The translations under genes and the position numbers were made by a program. From Candidatus Poribacteria bacterium (lineage in GTDB: Bacteria > Poribacteria > WGA-4E > WGA-3G): a DNA stretch of 64,000 nt. The notes under the pieces were generated by a model. It searched no databases and was not told where the DNA came from. It saw only the letters and a list, made by a program, of their open reading frames with translations. This document shows, piece by piece, positions 18,101 through 28,337 of the stretch. The stretch is from assembly GCA_963665235.2 (NCBI GenBank), contig CAXXLX010000002.1, positions 640,001 through 704,000 on the forward strand. The letters run 5' to 3'. How positions within the stretch are numbered: the stretch's first letter is position 1; each line of letters opens with the position of its first letter.

Positions 18101-19843
18101 TCATTTTTCATAGGGCTGATATTCCATCAAGACCGACCGCCCCACGATTGCAACGATACGCACCAGCAATGCCTTACCTCCAGCATCCGTGAGACGTAAA
18201 TCCTCACCGGGGATGCAGTGAACCGGCTCCGATTGTCCCCTATTTATGTCAATATTGGAGGCGTAGAGCGAGGTCCGTTCGTAAGCATCAAAAACAAAGT
18301 TCAGTTTTCCTGATAAGCCTGGTAGGTTTCCGGCTCCTTCGGGGAAGAATACCGAACTCCTCGCTGTCAGTCTTTTCATTTCAATTTCTAGTTTTCCGTT
18401 TGCTGGCACCCAGCCTTGTTCCAAATGTGCTGCGAAACCCGATGCAGCGGCAAACACTGTCATTGGAAGGTGTGTTGTATGCAGATTAACGAATGCCTCG
18501 CCATTTTCATCAGTTGTTGCCTGGTGCCAGGTATTGTTTGGAAACAGGAGCAGCAGTGCTATGCCTGACACAGCTTGACCTCCGTGTCGGCATAAGATAA
18601 CAGCTGTCGACGGTGTCGCATCCGTCACAGCTGCTGGAATTGTGAGAACGAGCTCCGAATCATCTATCAGTTCATATCGGGGAGATTTCCCGGTTAACGC
18701 CTCCGTTTCTCGAAATATCGTTGGCACCCCATCGCCACGTCTTTCCATGAAGAACTGCCGCTCACCCGCCCCACGAATATCTCCTACGGAGATTCTTCCG
18801 AGTATTGAGGCGAGTGTTTCGTTTCGTGTTGATTGCCGAGCAGTCATACTGTCAATTGTTAAATTGTTAGGTAAACCGCCCGGGGAATTTATTTCGATGC
18901 GGTCTACAAACATTGATATCCGTATTCGGCTGCCGCGAATTGCATAGTCCCGATGTGCAACTGCGTTGACAATTGCTTCAAACAGTGCTTTTTCGCTATA
19001 TTGGGGCAGGTCGGTGCGTGCGGGATTTTTGTATGCGCCGACGCGCATGTTGCGGACCGCAAAAACAACCGCCTCCGCAACTTGCTGGTCCAGCGGCCCG
19101 GTAATTGTTTGGGCATCTATTTGTCCAGAGGCGCGGTCTGTGCCTCGGTAACAGGTTGCGGAGATGCAGGCGTTCGGCAGCCATTCTTCAGGTGAGCCGG
19201 TGCAAAAGAGAACCCCTGCTACCGTAGCGCGCATCGTTCCGTATTCATCGGTCGCGAGAATACCTATCTTCTCCAAAGCCGATTCAGGCGCAGCGGCACC
19301 CGCTGCACTTAATAGCTGTTTCCAGAGAGAGGGCTCTAATGAACCGAAACCGGTTCTCGGAACCGGCTGTTTGTCAAACCAGAGAAAACGTGCCTGAGCG
19401 CGGCGTTGTGCAAGCCGCAATCGCTCGTCGGTTGTCATGGGACGTTTTGTACTGCCAACCCGGTGAAAACTGCCGCCAGGGCTATCGTGTTGGGCATACC
19501 CTCGCGCGATTTCAACTAGCAGAAAGGGTTTGCCCGCCTCTATTTCCCTACGAACGATAGTAGGCCGAATTGGGGGTTTAATCATATCGGTACACACTTC
19601 GGTCAGGAAGCTCTCTAGAGTGTCCATCTGCTCCCGTGACAGACCTTGTGCTGTACCACTATCTGTCACACCGCATAGTAGCACCCCGCCCTCCGTGTTA
19701 GCAAAGGCGGCAAGTTCATCTGCTAGGTCAGTCCGCCGGGGCCCCTTGAGGACATTCCCTGCGAACACAATTTCCTTGAATTCCCAGTGGCTGTCTTCCC
19801 CCAGGCGCATGTGGCGTTTGATTTCGGCATCACTGAAGTTCAT
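18101..19843 (-). CDS. Schlafen/AlbA_2 domain + HATPase_c_4 protein with extra C-terminal beta domain
   Basis: GEDSHWEFKE, LAAFANTEGGVLLCGVTD, EAIVNAVAHRDY, SPGGLP, MERRGDG. Confidence 0.85.
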   Translation of the reverse strand: MNFSDAEIKRHMRLGEDSHWEFKEIVFAGNVLKGPRRTDLADELAAFANTEGGVLLCGVTDSGTAQGLSREQMDTLESFLTEVCTDMIKPPIRPTIVRREIEAGKPFLLVEIARGYAQHDSPGGSFHRVGSTKRPMTTDERLRLAQRRAQARFLWFDKQPVPRTGFGSLEPSLWKQLLSAAGAAAPESALEKIGILATDEYGTMRATVAGVLFCTGSPEEWLPNACISATCYRGTDRASGQIDAQTITGPLDQQVAEAVVFAVRNMRVGAYKNPARTDLPQYSEKALFEAIVNAVAHRDYAIRGSRIRISMFVDRIEINSPGGLPNNLTIDSMTARQSTRNETLASILGRISVGDIRGAGERQFFMERRGDGVPTIFRETEALTGKSPRYELIDDSELVLTIPAAVTDATPSTAVILCRHGGQAVSGIALLLLFPNNTWHQATTDENGEAFVNLHTTHLPMTVFAAASGFAAHLEQGWVPANGKLEIEMKRLTARSSVFFPEGAGNLPGLSGKLNFVFDAYERTSLYASNIDINRGQSEPVHCIPGEDLRLTDAGGKALLVRIVAIVGRSVLMEYQPYEK

Positions 19844-19920
19844 GGTTCGTCTCCAAGGCCTCGCGGTTGCAAATTTTTAAATATAAACATAGGACAAAAG
19901 ACATGCTCCCATGTGTATTA

Positions 19921-20423
19921 TACCATTTTTATTAATTATTCTATCATTACCGGTTGTTAGCAATGAAACGGAGAACGGAAGACCCAAACTGGAAGTTTAT
20001 GCTACGATAAAGAGGCACAATCTGGAAGTTTATGCTACGATAAAGGGCACAAACTGGAAGTTTATGCTACGATAAAGAGGCACAATCTGGAAGTTTATGC
20101 TAACGAGTTGTGCTAAATGACTTTTTGTACAACATTATTTCACACAAACAGAACGTTTTGTCCGTGCTTCTCATTGGTTTGGATGCTCTTCAGTCCCAGT
20201 ATTCGGGCAAGCAGCCCGCTCTTTAAGGACGATATCTTTATAGCTAAGCGTTCCACCTTTCTCTTTAGTCCCATAGGGACGATATGTTTGTATGACAACA
20301 TCCAATATCTGTGAGAAAAACAAAAACAACCAGTTAACTGGCACAAGTCATTATGCTACAATAAAGAGGCACAATCTGGAAGATTATGCTACAATAAAGA
20401 GACATTTTCAATTAGAAATGGTA
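19921..20423. mobile_element. MITE family A copy 2 (inverted relative to copy 1), five REP-like units, with a nested insertion
   Basis: Same TIRs and TTA flanks; reverse complement of 16217-16428. Confidence 0.8.
20103..20351. mobile_element. MITE family B nested inside family A
   Basis: Imperfect TIR acgagttgtgc/gcacaagtcat; flanking duplication TATGCTA (20096-20102, 20352-20358); related sequence at 46788-46950. Confidence 0.72.
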
Positions 20424-20474
20424 TTATAACACTTTTCTGTGAAATTGACGATATTAATTCATTTTAGAAAAAGG

Positions 20475-20503
20475 TTGACATTTTTCTAAATTTGTGATAC
20501 ACT
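20475..20503 (+). promoter_or_regulatory. sigma70-type promoter with extended -10
   Basis: TTGACA-N17-TACACT preceded by TG. Confidence 0.7.
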
Positions 20504-20569
20504 TTGTAAAATTTATGAACAAACTTTACTTCGGTGACAACTGAATCGCTAACACATTAGGACAACCCG

Positions 20570-21754
20570 ATGCAATATTGGCTAAGAATTCTAATCATCC
20601 TCTGCTTGTGTTGGCCGTTAGCTGGCCCCACTGTCGAAAAACCGGACCATAGTACGTACGTGCAGCACGTCGAGCAGGGATTTAAAATGCTATTTCAGGG
20701 CAACAATAAAGGGGCTATCGCTGCGTTTGAAGCTGCACTCGCTATTGAACCGGAGCATTATGAGATTCTGCACTATGTAGGCATGGTATACGCCTCAGAA
20801 GAATTTGGAAACAAAGCGGTTGCGGCTTACCAACGTTCTTTGGCACTGATGCCCGATAACATTGAGGCACTCTATTCGTTAGGCGTTGTCTATTTCAAAT
20901 TGAAACAGTGGGAAGATGCAGTTGCCCCGCTGCAAAAGGTTATCAAACTTTCCCCGGAGCATGCCCGCGGCCATGAAGCACTCGGGAAGACGTACGTCAA
21001 GCTTCGCCAATATCCAGAGGCGGTTGACATCTTAACGCGCGCTATCACACTAAACCCTAGCGTTGTCGAGAACTATAATCAACTCGGCACCGCATATCTG
21101 AACTTAAAGGCGTACCCGAAAGCGATAGAAAACTTTAAGCAGGCGATAAAGTTGAGCCCGCCACGCTATGCTGAACCGCACTACGGCCTCGGCATGGCGT
21201 ACCTCCGTTCAGGCAATAAGGAGAAAAGCAGAGCTGAAATGCGTATATTTCAGCAGCTGCAAAAGGAATTTGTTGAATATGAACGGCTCGCCCGGCTAAC
21301 GCACACAGAACCGGATAACCTTCAAGGTTGGACAGACTTAGCGAAGTTGCTGATGCATCAAAAGGATTACGGAGAAGCGATTCAGACACTGCAAAAGTGC
21401 ATCGCGCTCGGACAACAGCAAAACGCCTCTAAAAACAACATGTCAAACTTTTATCACGGGATGAGCCAAGCGTTTATCAACCTCAATTATCCGAAGCACG
21501 CGCAGGAAGCCGCCAGCAAAGCGATTCAACTCACACCGAATCAAGCCGTGCTTTATAACACCCTCGGTAGCACTTATGCCATGCAGGGGGATGTGAGAAA
21601 CGCCATCGGCGCGTTCCAAAAAGCGGTTACATTAGATAATGAGCAACCCTACTATCATCTCAACCTCTCAAAATTATATGAAAGGCTCGGAAACCGCAAA
21701 CTTGCCCAGGAGCACTATCGCGCCTATGAACACTTCCTCTCCAAACAGAAATAA
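20570..21754 (+). CDS. exported tetratricopeptide-repeat protein
   Basis: Signal peptide; repeated LG..Y......A...F..A..L.P units. Confidence 0.92.
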   Translation: MQYWLRILIILCLCWPLAGPTVEKPDHSTYVQHVEQGFKMLFQGNNKGAIAAFEAALAIEPEHYEILHYVGMVYASEEFGNKAVAAYQRSLALMPDNIEALYSLGVVYFKLKQWEDAVAPLQKVIKLSPEHARGHEALGKTYVKLRQYPEAVDILTRAITLNPSVVENYNQLGTAYLNLKAYPKAIENFKQAIKLSPPRYAEPHYGLGMAYLRSGNKEKSRAEMRIFQQLQKEFVEYERLARLTHTEPDNLQGWTDLAKLLMHQKDYGEAIQTLQKCIALGQQQNASKNNMSNFYHGMSQAFINLNYPKHAQEAASKAIQLTPNQAVLYNTLGSTYAMQGDVRNAIGAFQKAVTLDNEQPYYHLNLSKLYERLGNRKLAQEHYRAYEHFLSKQK

Positions 21755-22589
21755 ATATCCACAGCGATGGATTTTTATCGTTCTGTCACTGCTCTTTTTT
21801 AGCCTTGACATTTCTGCCGAAAAGGAGCAATCGCAAACTGCACGTCCTGATGCTGCCCCGAAGGTGGAAGAACAGCTGATATTGATACCCGCAGGCACCT
21901 TTACGATGGGCAGCAACAAACGCGCTACGGATGAAAAACCGGCGCATAAGGTCTACCTAGAGGCTTACTATATCGGTAAATATGAGGTCACAAACGCAGC
22001 GTATTATGAATTTTGGCGTAGCTTGAAAACCGAGAAACACACCCCGGAGAGCTTCCCGCACCTCTCACATATCGGGGATTGGCCTGCCCGAGCGAAACAA
22101 TTTCCGAATCACCCTGTCGTCGGCGTGTCGTGGCAGGATGCCAAAGCTTACGCTGCGTGGAGAGGCGTACGCCTCCCAACGGAAGCCGAGTGGGAGAAAG
22201 CAGCCCGCGGCTACACCGATAGGATATGGCCCTGGGGCAACGCAAGAGAACGTTATGCTAATACCAGCGCGAAGGATGACGGTTATGAAGACCGCATTGC
22301 ACCCGTGGGCAGCTTTCCGAAAGGAAAAAGCTACTACGGTGTCCTGGATATGGCAGGCAATGTCTGGGAGTGGACTGCCGATTGGTACAGCGATGCCTAC
22401 TACTTCAACAGTCCGAAACGGAACCCGACAGGGCCAGCAGTCGGCAGCTGGCGGGTTATCCGAGGGGGCTCCTGGATTGACACCCTCACCCGGTGTAGCA
22501 CCACATTCCGATTTCATCTCTATCCGACCCTCAAAACCTCCTTCGTTGGGTTCCGCGTGGCAAAAACCGCAGCAAAAGAAAACCCGTAG
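21726..22589 (+). CDS. FGE-sulfatase (SUMF1) domain protein
   Basis: IPAGTFTMG, YEVTN, PVVGVSWQDA, RLPTEAEWEKAARG, DMAGNVWEW, RGGSW, GFR. Confidence 0.92.
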   Translation: MNTSSPNRNKYPQRWIFIVLSLLFFSLDISAEKEQSQTARPDAAPKVEEQLILIPAGTFTMGSNKRATDEKPAHKVYLEAYYIGKYEVTNAAYYEFWRSLKTEKHTPESFPHLSHIGDWPARAKQFPNHPVVGVSWQDAKAYAAWRGVRLPTEAEWEKAARGYTDRIWPWGNARERYANTSAKDDGYEDRIAPVGSFPKGKSYYGVLDMAGNVWEWTADWYSDAYYFNSPKRNPTGPAVGSWRVIRGGSWIDTLTRCSTTFRFHLYPTLKTSFVGFRVAKTAAKENP

Positions 22590-22609
22590 ACCCGATTGAA
22601 CACGCTGAA

Positions 22610-24287
22610 ATGAAGTTTAAGAATTTAATTCCGCCTTGGATTCACCTCACGTTATCCCTCCTATTTATTATCGGCGGTGCCAACGCACAACCCCCGCTCT
22701 TCGTGGATGTCACTGAAGAAGTCGGGTATACACTTCAAGCATAACAACGGTAAAACTGAGCACAAGCACGTCATTGAGACGATGGGCTCTGGGGCTGTCT
22801 TTTTTGATTACGACACGGATGGCGATGTCGACCTCTATTTCGTTAATAGCGGGCCAATTCCGATAAATCCCACCGCCAATCGGGATACCCAAGACGCTGC
22901 TATGAACACCCTATACCGCAATGATGGCGATGGCGGTTTTACAGATGTTACGAACATTTCACGGACCGGGGACACCGGTTACGGCATGGCGGCATCCGCA
23001 GGAGACATAGATAACGATGGCGATGCGGACCTCTATGTCGCCAACTTTGGGCAGGATACGCTTTACCGCAACAACGGCGATGGCACGTTTACCGACATCA
23101 CCGAAGCGGCAGGCATTGATAATCCGCTCTGGGGCATGGCCGCTGTCTATCTCGATTTTGATGTGGATGGCGATTTGGACATCTTCGTTGTGAACTACCT
23201 AATTTACGAGCTATCCATGCCGAAGACAACCTATAAAGGAATTGTCGGCTACGGACACCCGCTGCGTTATGAGGGGACAGCGGACGTGCTGTATCGAAAT
23301 AACGGCAATGGAACGTTTACCGATATCGCCAAGACAGCGGGAGTCATCAATCCAACTGAAGGCCGCGGCATGGCAGCTATCGCTTGTGATTACAACAGCG
23401 ACCGACTCCCTGACCTTTACGTTACCAACGATATGAACCGCAATTTCTTATATCGCAACAACGGAGATGGCACCTTCACTGATGAAAGTCTGTTCCTCGG
23501 TGTGGGATACGATGAAAACGGAATTCCGGAAGGCTCCATGGGGGTGGACTGGGGGGATTATGACCGAGACGGTTATTTTGATCTTATCGTTGCCAATTCT
23601 GAGAAGGCTACGCTCTATAAGTTACAATATCTTGAAGACGATGGTTTCTTCTTTGTCGATGCAACCGCAGCGAGCGGATTGCAACAACCCACGCTACCGT
23701 TTGTCGGGTTTAGTCCACTCTTTCTGGATTACGATAACGATGGGCACCTCGATATTTTCTGTGCAAATGGACATCCACAAGATGTGATTGAACTATTGAC
23801 CGACCAGGAAACCTACGCACAACGTGACCAGCTTTTTCACAACAACGGCGATGGAACATATACAGACGTTTCAGAGGTTGCTGGCCCTTACTTCGCTGAA
23901 GCACTCGTCGGACGGGCAGCCGCAGCCGCTGACTACGACAACGATGGGGATACCGATATCGTCGTTATGAATTCCAATCAACGTGCTGTGCTGCTGCGAA
24001 ACGACATCGGCAACCGGAAAAATTGGATAGGGGTTAAACTTATCGGAACGCGGAGCAACCGAGACGGTATCGGCGCGAAGGTCCAGCTTGTAACAGGTAG
24101 CATTACACAGTCAGCAGAAGTGAAAAGCGGTTCAAGTTATGCCTCTGGAAGCGATGTCCGATTGCTGTTCGGCTTAGGAGACGCACAGCAGGCTGATAGT
24201 CTTACCATCTTATGGCAGCATGGAAGCACACAAAAATTGGGAAAAATCCTCGCGAATCAAATCTTGACAATTACAGAAGCACAGTAG
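22610..24287 (+). CDS. CRTAC1/ASPIC-UnbV family FG-GAP repeat protein with a +1 frameshift at about 22724-22726
   Basis: DYDNDGDxD repeats and C-terminal NRDGIGAKV...LLFGLG; signal peptide and FVDVTEEVG are in a different frame starting at ATG 22610. Confidence 0.85.
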
Positions 24288-24341
24288 GCATGTCCCGCCT
24301 TTAATTCCAGTATTCGGGCTCACACAAGTATAGGACCAAAC

Positions 24342-24384
24342 AAAAAAGCCCTTATCCGACCGAATGTGGATAAGAGCTTTTTTG
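24342..24384. terminator. bidirectional intrinsic terminator
   Basis: aaaaaagc-ccttatcc...ggataag-agctttttt hairpin between convergent genes. Confidence 0.75.
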
Positions 24385-24401
24385 TTTACGAGCTTCAGTA
24401 A

Positions 24402-25148
24402 TTACTTCCGCTTAATATCTGCCCACCGAGTTGCCAATTTACCTTTCGGCTCTACAGGGGTCAGAATATCAAGGAATCGTCCATCTAGCGTTGGCGCGAT
24501 TTTGAGGTCAGCGTCGCTTTCTTCAAAGCGGAGGTTGAGGTAATCGCCACCGCCCCCTTCGCCGCACTTGAAGTGCAGAAAGTTTTCTCCCTTCACAAGA
24601 TCGACCTCTGTGGGGTGGGTTGCGTTATTAGCACCGCTAGTCCAAGTTGGGTTGTCATAAACCTTCAGACCGTTGAGCCAAATTTCTGCATGGTCATCGT
24701 GTGCTGGGTACATCGTTGTCGTCCTATCATCCGGAGATAGGATAAGAATGATACCGTGCCACGTAACGAAATCTAAGTGACCCGCAACACCGTGGCTTGT
24801 TGATATGTTGTAAGAGTCGTTATTGGTGTTAATCGTTACGACGCGCCAATTGAGTGCCCCGCCGTTATTCGGTGGTAGGATTACAGGAAGGTTTCCTGTC
24901 AGTCCAGCCCCTTCGCGAGTGGAAACGGACGAGTTCGTAATCACGGGTCTTCCCGTGCTTTCGTCCATAGTGCCTTCAGCGAGGTAGTCGTGTTCCGCCG
25001 ATGCGGCGAATCCGCCAGTATTTAGGACCAGATCAAGGCCCCACCATTTCTCAATCCATGTGTCGCCTGCGGGCTGCCAGTCTTGTGCAAAAGCCGTTGG
25101 CGCGAGAGTGATACAAGTGATTGTAAGCAAAATCACTAATTTTTTCAT
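24402..25148 (-). CDS. exported beta-sandwich (PA14/galactose-binding-like) protein with C-terminal VEPKGKLATRWADIK tail
   Basis: MKKLVILL...AFA signal peptide, HDDHAEIWLNG, LVKGEN; AAGGAG RBS. Confidence 0.75.
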   Translation of the reverse strand: MKKLVILLTITCITLAPTAFAQDWQPAGDTWIEKWWGLDLVLNTGGFAASAEHDYLAEGTMDESTGRPVITNSSVSTREGAGLTGNLPVILPPNNGGALNWRVVTINTNNDSYNISTSHGVAGHLDFVTWHGIILILSPDDRTTTMYPAHDDHAEIWLNGLKVYDNPTWTSGANNATHPTEVDLVKGENFLHFKCGEGGGGDYLNLRFEESDADLKIAPTLDGRFLDILTPVEPKGKLATRWADIKRK

Positions 25149-25453
25149 AGCTACGAAATCTCCTTGTTCCGTATAACCCAAGTTCAGAATGTTTGAGTAA
25201 GAAGCGCGCTTCCCAAAAATCCTGTACCGAGTCAAACAAAAATTATATTTTTTACCAAATTTCGGGTCCCTGCAAGTTACGCCGAAATTTATTTTTTCTC
25301 ACGGTGATAGCAGTACTGCATGCAAATCACGCGATACGATGCTGACAGGTATTCGCATATCCACAAGTTAGCGGATATGGAATCTATTCAGCTGTGCGAT
25401 TCCTCACTCCCTCGCGGGGCTAGATATGTTCCCGCAAGAAGCAAGTTAAACAT

Positions 25454-25483
25454 ATTATAGCATTTTTAAGTACTAAAGTGCAA
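25454..25483 (-). promoter_or_regulatory. sigma70-type promoter giving a leader of about 300 nt
   Basis: Minus strand TTGCAC-N18-TATAAT. Confidence 0.5.
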
Positions 25484-25927
25484 GAAAAAAATTAAATCGC
25501 ACCAAATGAATTATAGCATAAGAAAAAAAAATGTCAAGTCTGAATTTTCGTATTCCTATAAAAAGTATGGGTTTTTTTGTGTCTATTTGTGGTTATACTG
25601 TAATGTTTAGAGCCGTGTTCATTCGGTATTACGGGGTTATTGCGAAGTCGGGTTTCCATTTAATCCGTATTTTTAAACCTCACAAAGACCTAAAAAACGC
25701 AGAAAATCGCGAAAATAGTGTCCTGACACAAATTATCAATATATTAGGGCCAGAAGTCAAAAATATTTATTTCCCAGATCCGTAACTGCGGAGTGTAGGT
25801 GATAACTATGTACAAAAACTTTACACACCCGAATATCGAATTTTAACTTGCTAATCTCCGTAAATTGTGGTATCATGTTAACATAATAAAATTAATGTAA
25901 AAAACAAATCGGAGTTATAACATAATT

Positions 25928-27910
25928 ATGCCGAATGCCTTATTTGTTTACCCGAAGTTTCCGCCATCTTATTGGGGTTTTCAGTATGCCTTAGAATTTG
26001 TCGGGAAAAAATCGTCAATGCCCCCGCTTGGATTATTGACCGTTGCGGGGATGTTTCCAAAGAATTACGCGCTAAAAGTCGTTGATATGAACATTGAACC
26101 ACTGACAGATACGGATTTAAACTGGGCAGATGTCGTGTTCACTTCAACAATGATTGTTCAGAAAGAATCGCTTTATCAGGTCGTTGAACGTTGTAATCGC
26201 GCAGGGGTACCTATCGTAGCAGGCGGCCCACATCCTACCTCTTACCACGATAACATTCGAGAAGAGACCGATGGTACGGTGGACCACTTTCTTTTTGGTG
26301 AAGTTGAGGAAATCTTTGAGGAGTTTCTGACAGATTTTGAGAGCGGGAGCGCCAAGGATGTCTACCGTGAGAAGCGGAAACCGGATATCACCCAAGCCCC
26401 CTTACCGCGCTATGACCTCATCAATATCGACGCTTACGGTTCTATGGCACTTCAATTTTCTCGGGGGTGTCCATTCAATTGTGAATTCTGCGATATAACG
26501 AAGCTGTTCGGACGGGTGCCGCGCACCAAAAGCAACGAGCAGATGCTTGCCGAGTTTGAGATGCTTTATAAGCTCGGTTGGCAGGGTTCGATGTTTGTCG
26601 TTGATGATAACTTTATCGGCAATAAGCGCGATGCAATGCGACTGCTGCCCGCTGTCACCGAATGGCAGGAGGAACGCAATTATCCCTTCTCCCTCTATAC
26701 CGAAGCGAGTGTGAACCTCGTCGAAATTCCGGACATGCTTGATGCGATGAGCGAAGCCGGCTTTAACATGGTCTTCCTCGGCATTGAGAGTCCGAATGAT
26801 ACCGCGCTTCTCGGCACCTCTAAGGGACAAAATACAAGCAAAGAGGAGGAAGCTAGCAGCTATCTGCTCCGCGCTATCAGAACAATTCAGAGCAAGGGGA
26901 TAGAGGTCACAGGCGGGTTTATTATCGGGCTTGATGGCGATACGGAGTTCGATTCGCATATCAACTTTATTCAGGAAGCAGGCATACCGATGGCGATGGC
27001 CGGGTTGCTAACCGCTTTGAAGGAGACGGACCTCTGGCACCGCTTAAAGCAAGAGGATCGGTTGCTTGTAGAATCAAGTGGCAATAACACCGACATGAGT
27101 CTGAATTTTGTACCAGAAATGCCGCGCGAGCAGCTCATTGCGGAATATCGCCGCGTCGTTTCAACACTGTATGACCCGACTCTGAAAAACTACTTTGAAA
27201 GATGTTTGACCTTACTTGAGCACATGCCGTACACCTCACATAACGTTAGAGCGATTGGGAAATCCGAGTTTATAGCCCTGCTGCGGTCGCTAAAACGGCA
27301 ACTTTTCTCTAGACAGGGACCGGCCTATGCACGCTACTTGATGAAGGTTTTCAAAGACCATCGCGTTATGCTACCAGAAGCCATCCGGCTCTCAATTATG
27401 GGGTATCACCTTGAGAAAATGACGCGGCACACTGACGCTGTTGAAGATTTCAGAAACTTCTTAGCCGCGGAGATGGATACGTTTAAAGAGAAGGTCGCGC
27501 AGGTCGCGCAGGTCCAAGAGGCCCGCATCAATGAAATCAATCGGTATGCTCACCAACTCTTCAAGCGTGTAAGGAATGAATATGAAGGAATTCACGAAGA
27601 TTTTCAGTATGCCGCACGGAATGCCTTCGCCGTTTTTCAGGACTCTTTCCTAAAGACGTATCTAGAAGCGGAGTTCAACGCTTTTAAAGAGGCAGTTAGC
27701 GCGTTTGCTAAAACACAAAGCGACCGCCTCTCCGAGGTACAAGTTTATGTCTCTAACCTCTATGAGCGGGTTCGCGCACAGCACGAACAACTTCACGAAG
27801 ACTTCATGCAGAACGTTCAGGAGACATTTGACGCTTTCCAGGAATCTGTCAGCCGGCATGTAGAGCAACTCTTCGGTTTTGTTCCTGACCCAATTCCGGA
27901 ACTGTCGTAG
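25928..27910 (+). CDS. B12-binding radical SAM protein (DUF4070/HpnP-like) with helical C-terminal extension
   Basis: PPLGLLTVA, GGPHPT, SRGCPFNCEFC, DDNFIGN, GIES, GFIIGLD. Confidence 0.9.
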   Translation: MPNALFVYPKFPPSYWGFQYALEFVGKKSSMPPLGLLTVAGMFPKNYALKVVDMNIEPLTDTDLNWADVVFTSTMIVQKESLYQVVERCNRAGVPIVAGGPHPTSYHDNIREETDGTVDHFLFGEVEEIFEEFLTDFESGSAKDVYREKRKPDITQAPLPRYDLINIDAYGSMALQFSRGCPFNCEFCDITKLFGRVPRTKSNEQMLAEFEMLYKLGWQGSMFVVDDNFIGNKRDAMRLLPAVTEWQEERNYPFSLYTEASVNLVEIPDMLDAMSEAGFNMVFLGIESPNDTALLGTSKGQNTSKEEEASSYLLRAIRTIQSKGIEVTGGFIIGLDGDTEFDSHINFIQEAGIPMAMAGLLTALKETDLWHRLKQEDRLLVESSGNNTDMSLNFVPEMPREQLIAEYRRVVSTLYDPTLKNYFERCLTLLEHMPYTSHNVRAIGKSEFIALLRSLKRQLFSRQGPAYARYLMKVFKDHRVMLPEAIRLSIMGYHLEKMTRHTDAVEDFRNFLAAEMDTFKEKVAQVAQVQEARINEINRYAHQLFKRVRNEYEGIHEDFQYAARNAFAVFQDSFLKTYLEAEFNAFKEAVSAFAKTQSDRLSEVQVYVSNLYERVRAQHEQLHEDFMQNVQETFDAFQESVSRHVEQLFGFVPDPIPELS

Positions 27911-27986
27911 TACCTGATGTAGGTTTGGATAATTTGGCCGTGCTAGATAGTTTGTGATGAGCCCATTTTAGAGGTTTTAACACTCC

Positions 27987-28026
27987 CCGTCAAATCCCCA
28001 TGCTTTAGCTTGTGGGATTCAGACGG
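27987..28026. mobile_element. palindromic remnant resembling an IS200/IS605 subterminal hairpin
   Basis: ccgtc-aaatccccatgctttagcttgtgggatt-ca-gacgg. Confidence 0.4.
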
Positions 28027-28066
28027 CTAAGGGTGTTATTGAATATTCGGAATTCAGGAAGATACC

Positions 28067-28336
28067 ATGACAACCTATATTGTTACCTTCGAAGTCCCCG
28101 ATGCTTCCAGAAAGAGTGTTCTTAAAGAGAACCTCAAACGATATAACACCTATTGCCCCATTCATGATAATTGTTGGGCTATTCTCTCCGATCAGACACC
28201 TTCTCAAATTCGAGATTCTTTAGCAGGGGTACTGTCAGAATCAGATCGAATATTCGTTATTCGGTCTGGAACATACGCTGCGTGGAAAAACCCCTATGGT
28301 CTCGAAAATAGTGAATGGTTAAAGGAAAAACTGTAA
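28067..28336 (+). CDS. small ferredoxin-fold protein, Cas2/VapD-like
   Basis: YIVTFEV strand, helix, CWAI, IRDSL...DRIFVI; 89 aa; AGGAAG upstream. Confidence 0.6.
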   Translation: MTTYIVTFEVPDASRKSVLKENLKRYNTYCPIHDNCWAILSDQTPSQIRDSLAGVLSESDRIFVIRSGTYAAWKNPYGLENSEWLKEKL

Positions 28337-28337
28337 A

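Noticed and set aside
20117-20346. Small ORFs inside the nested element as a transposase
   Set aside because: 65-68 aa with no DDE or HUH motif
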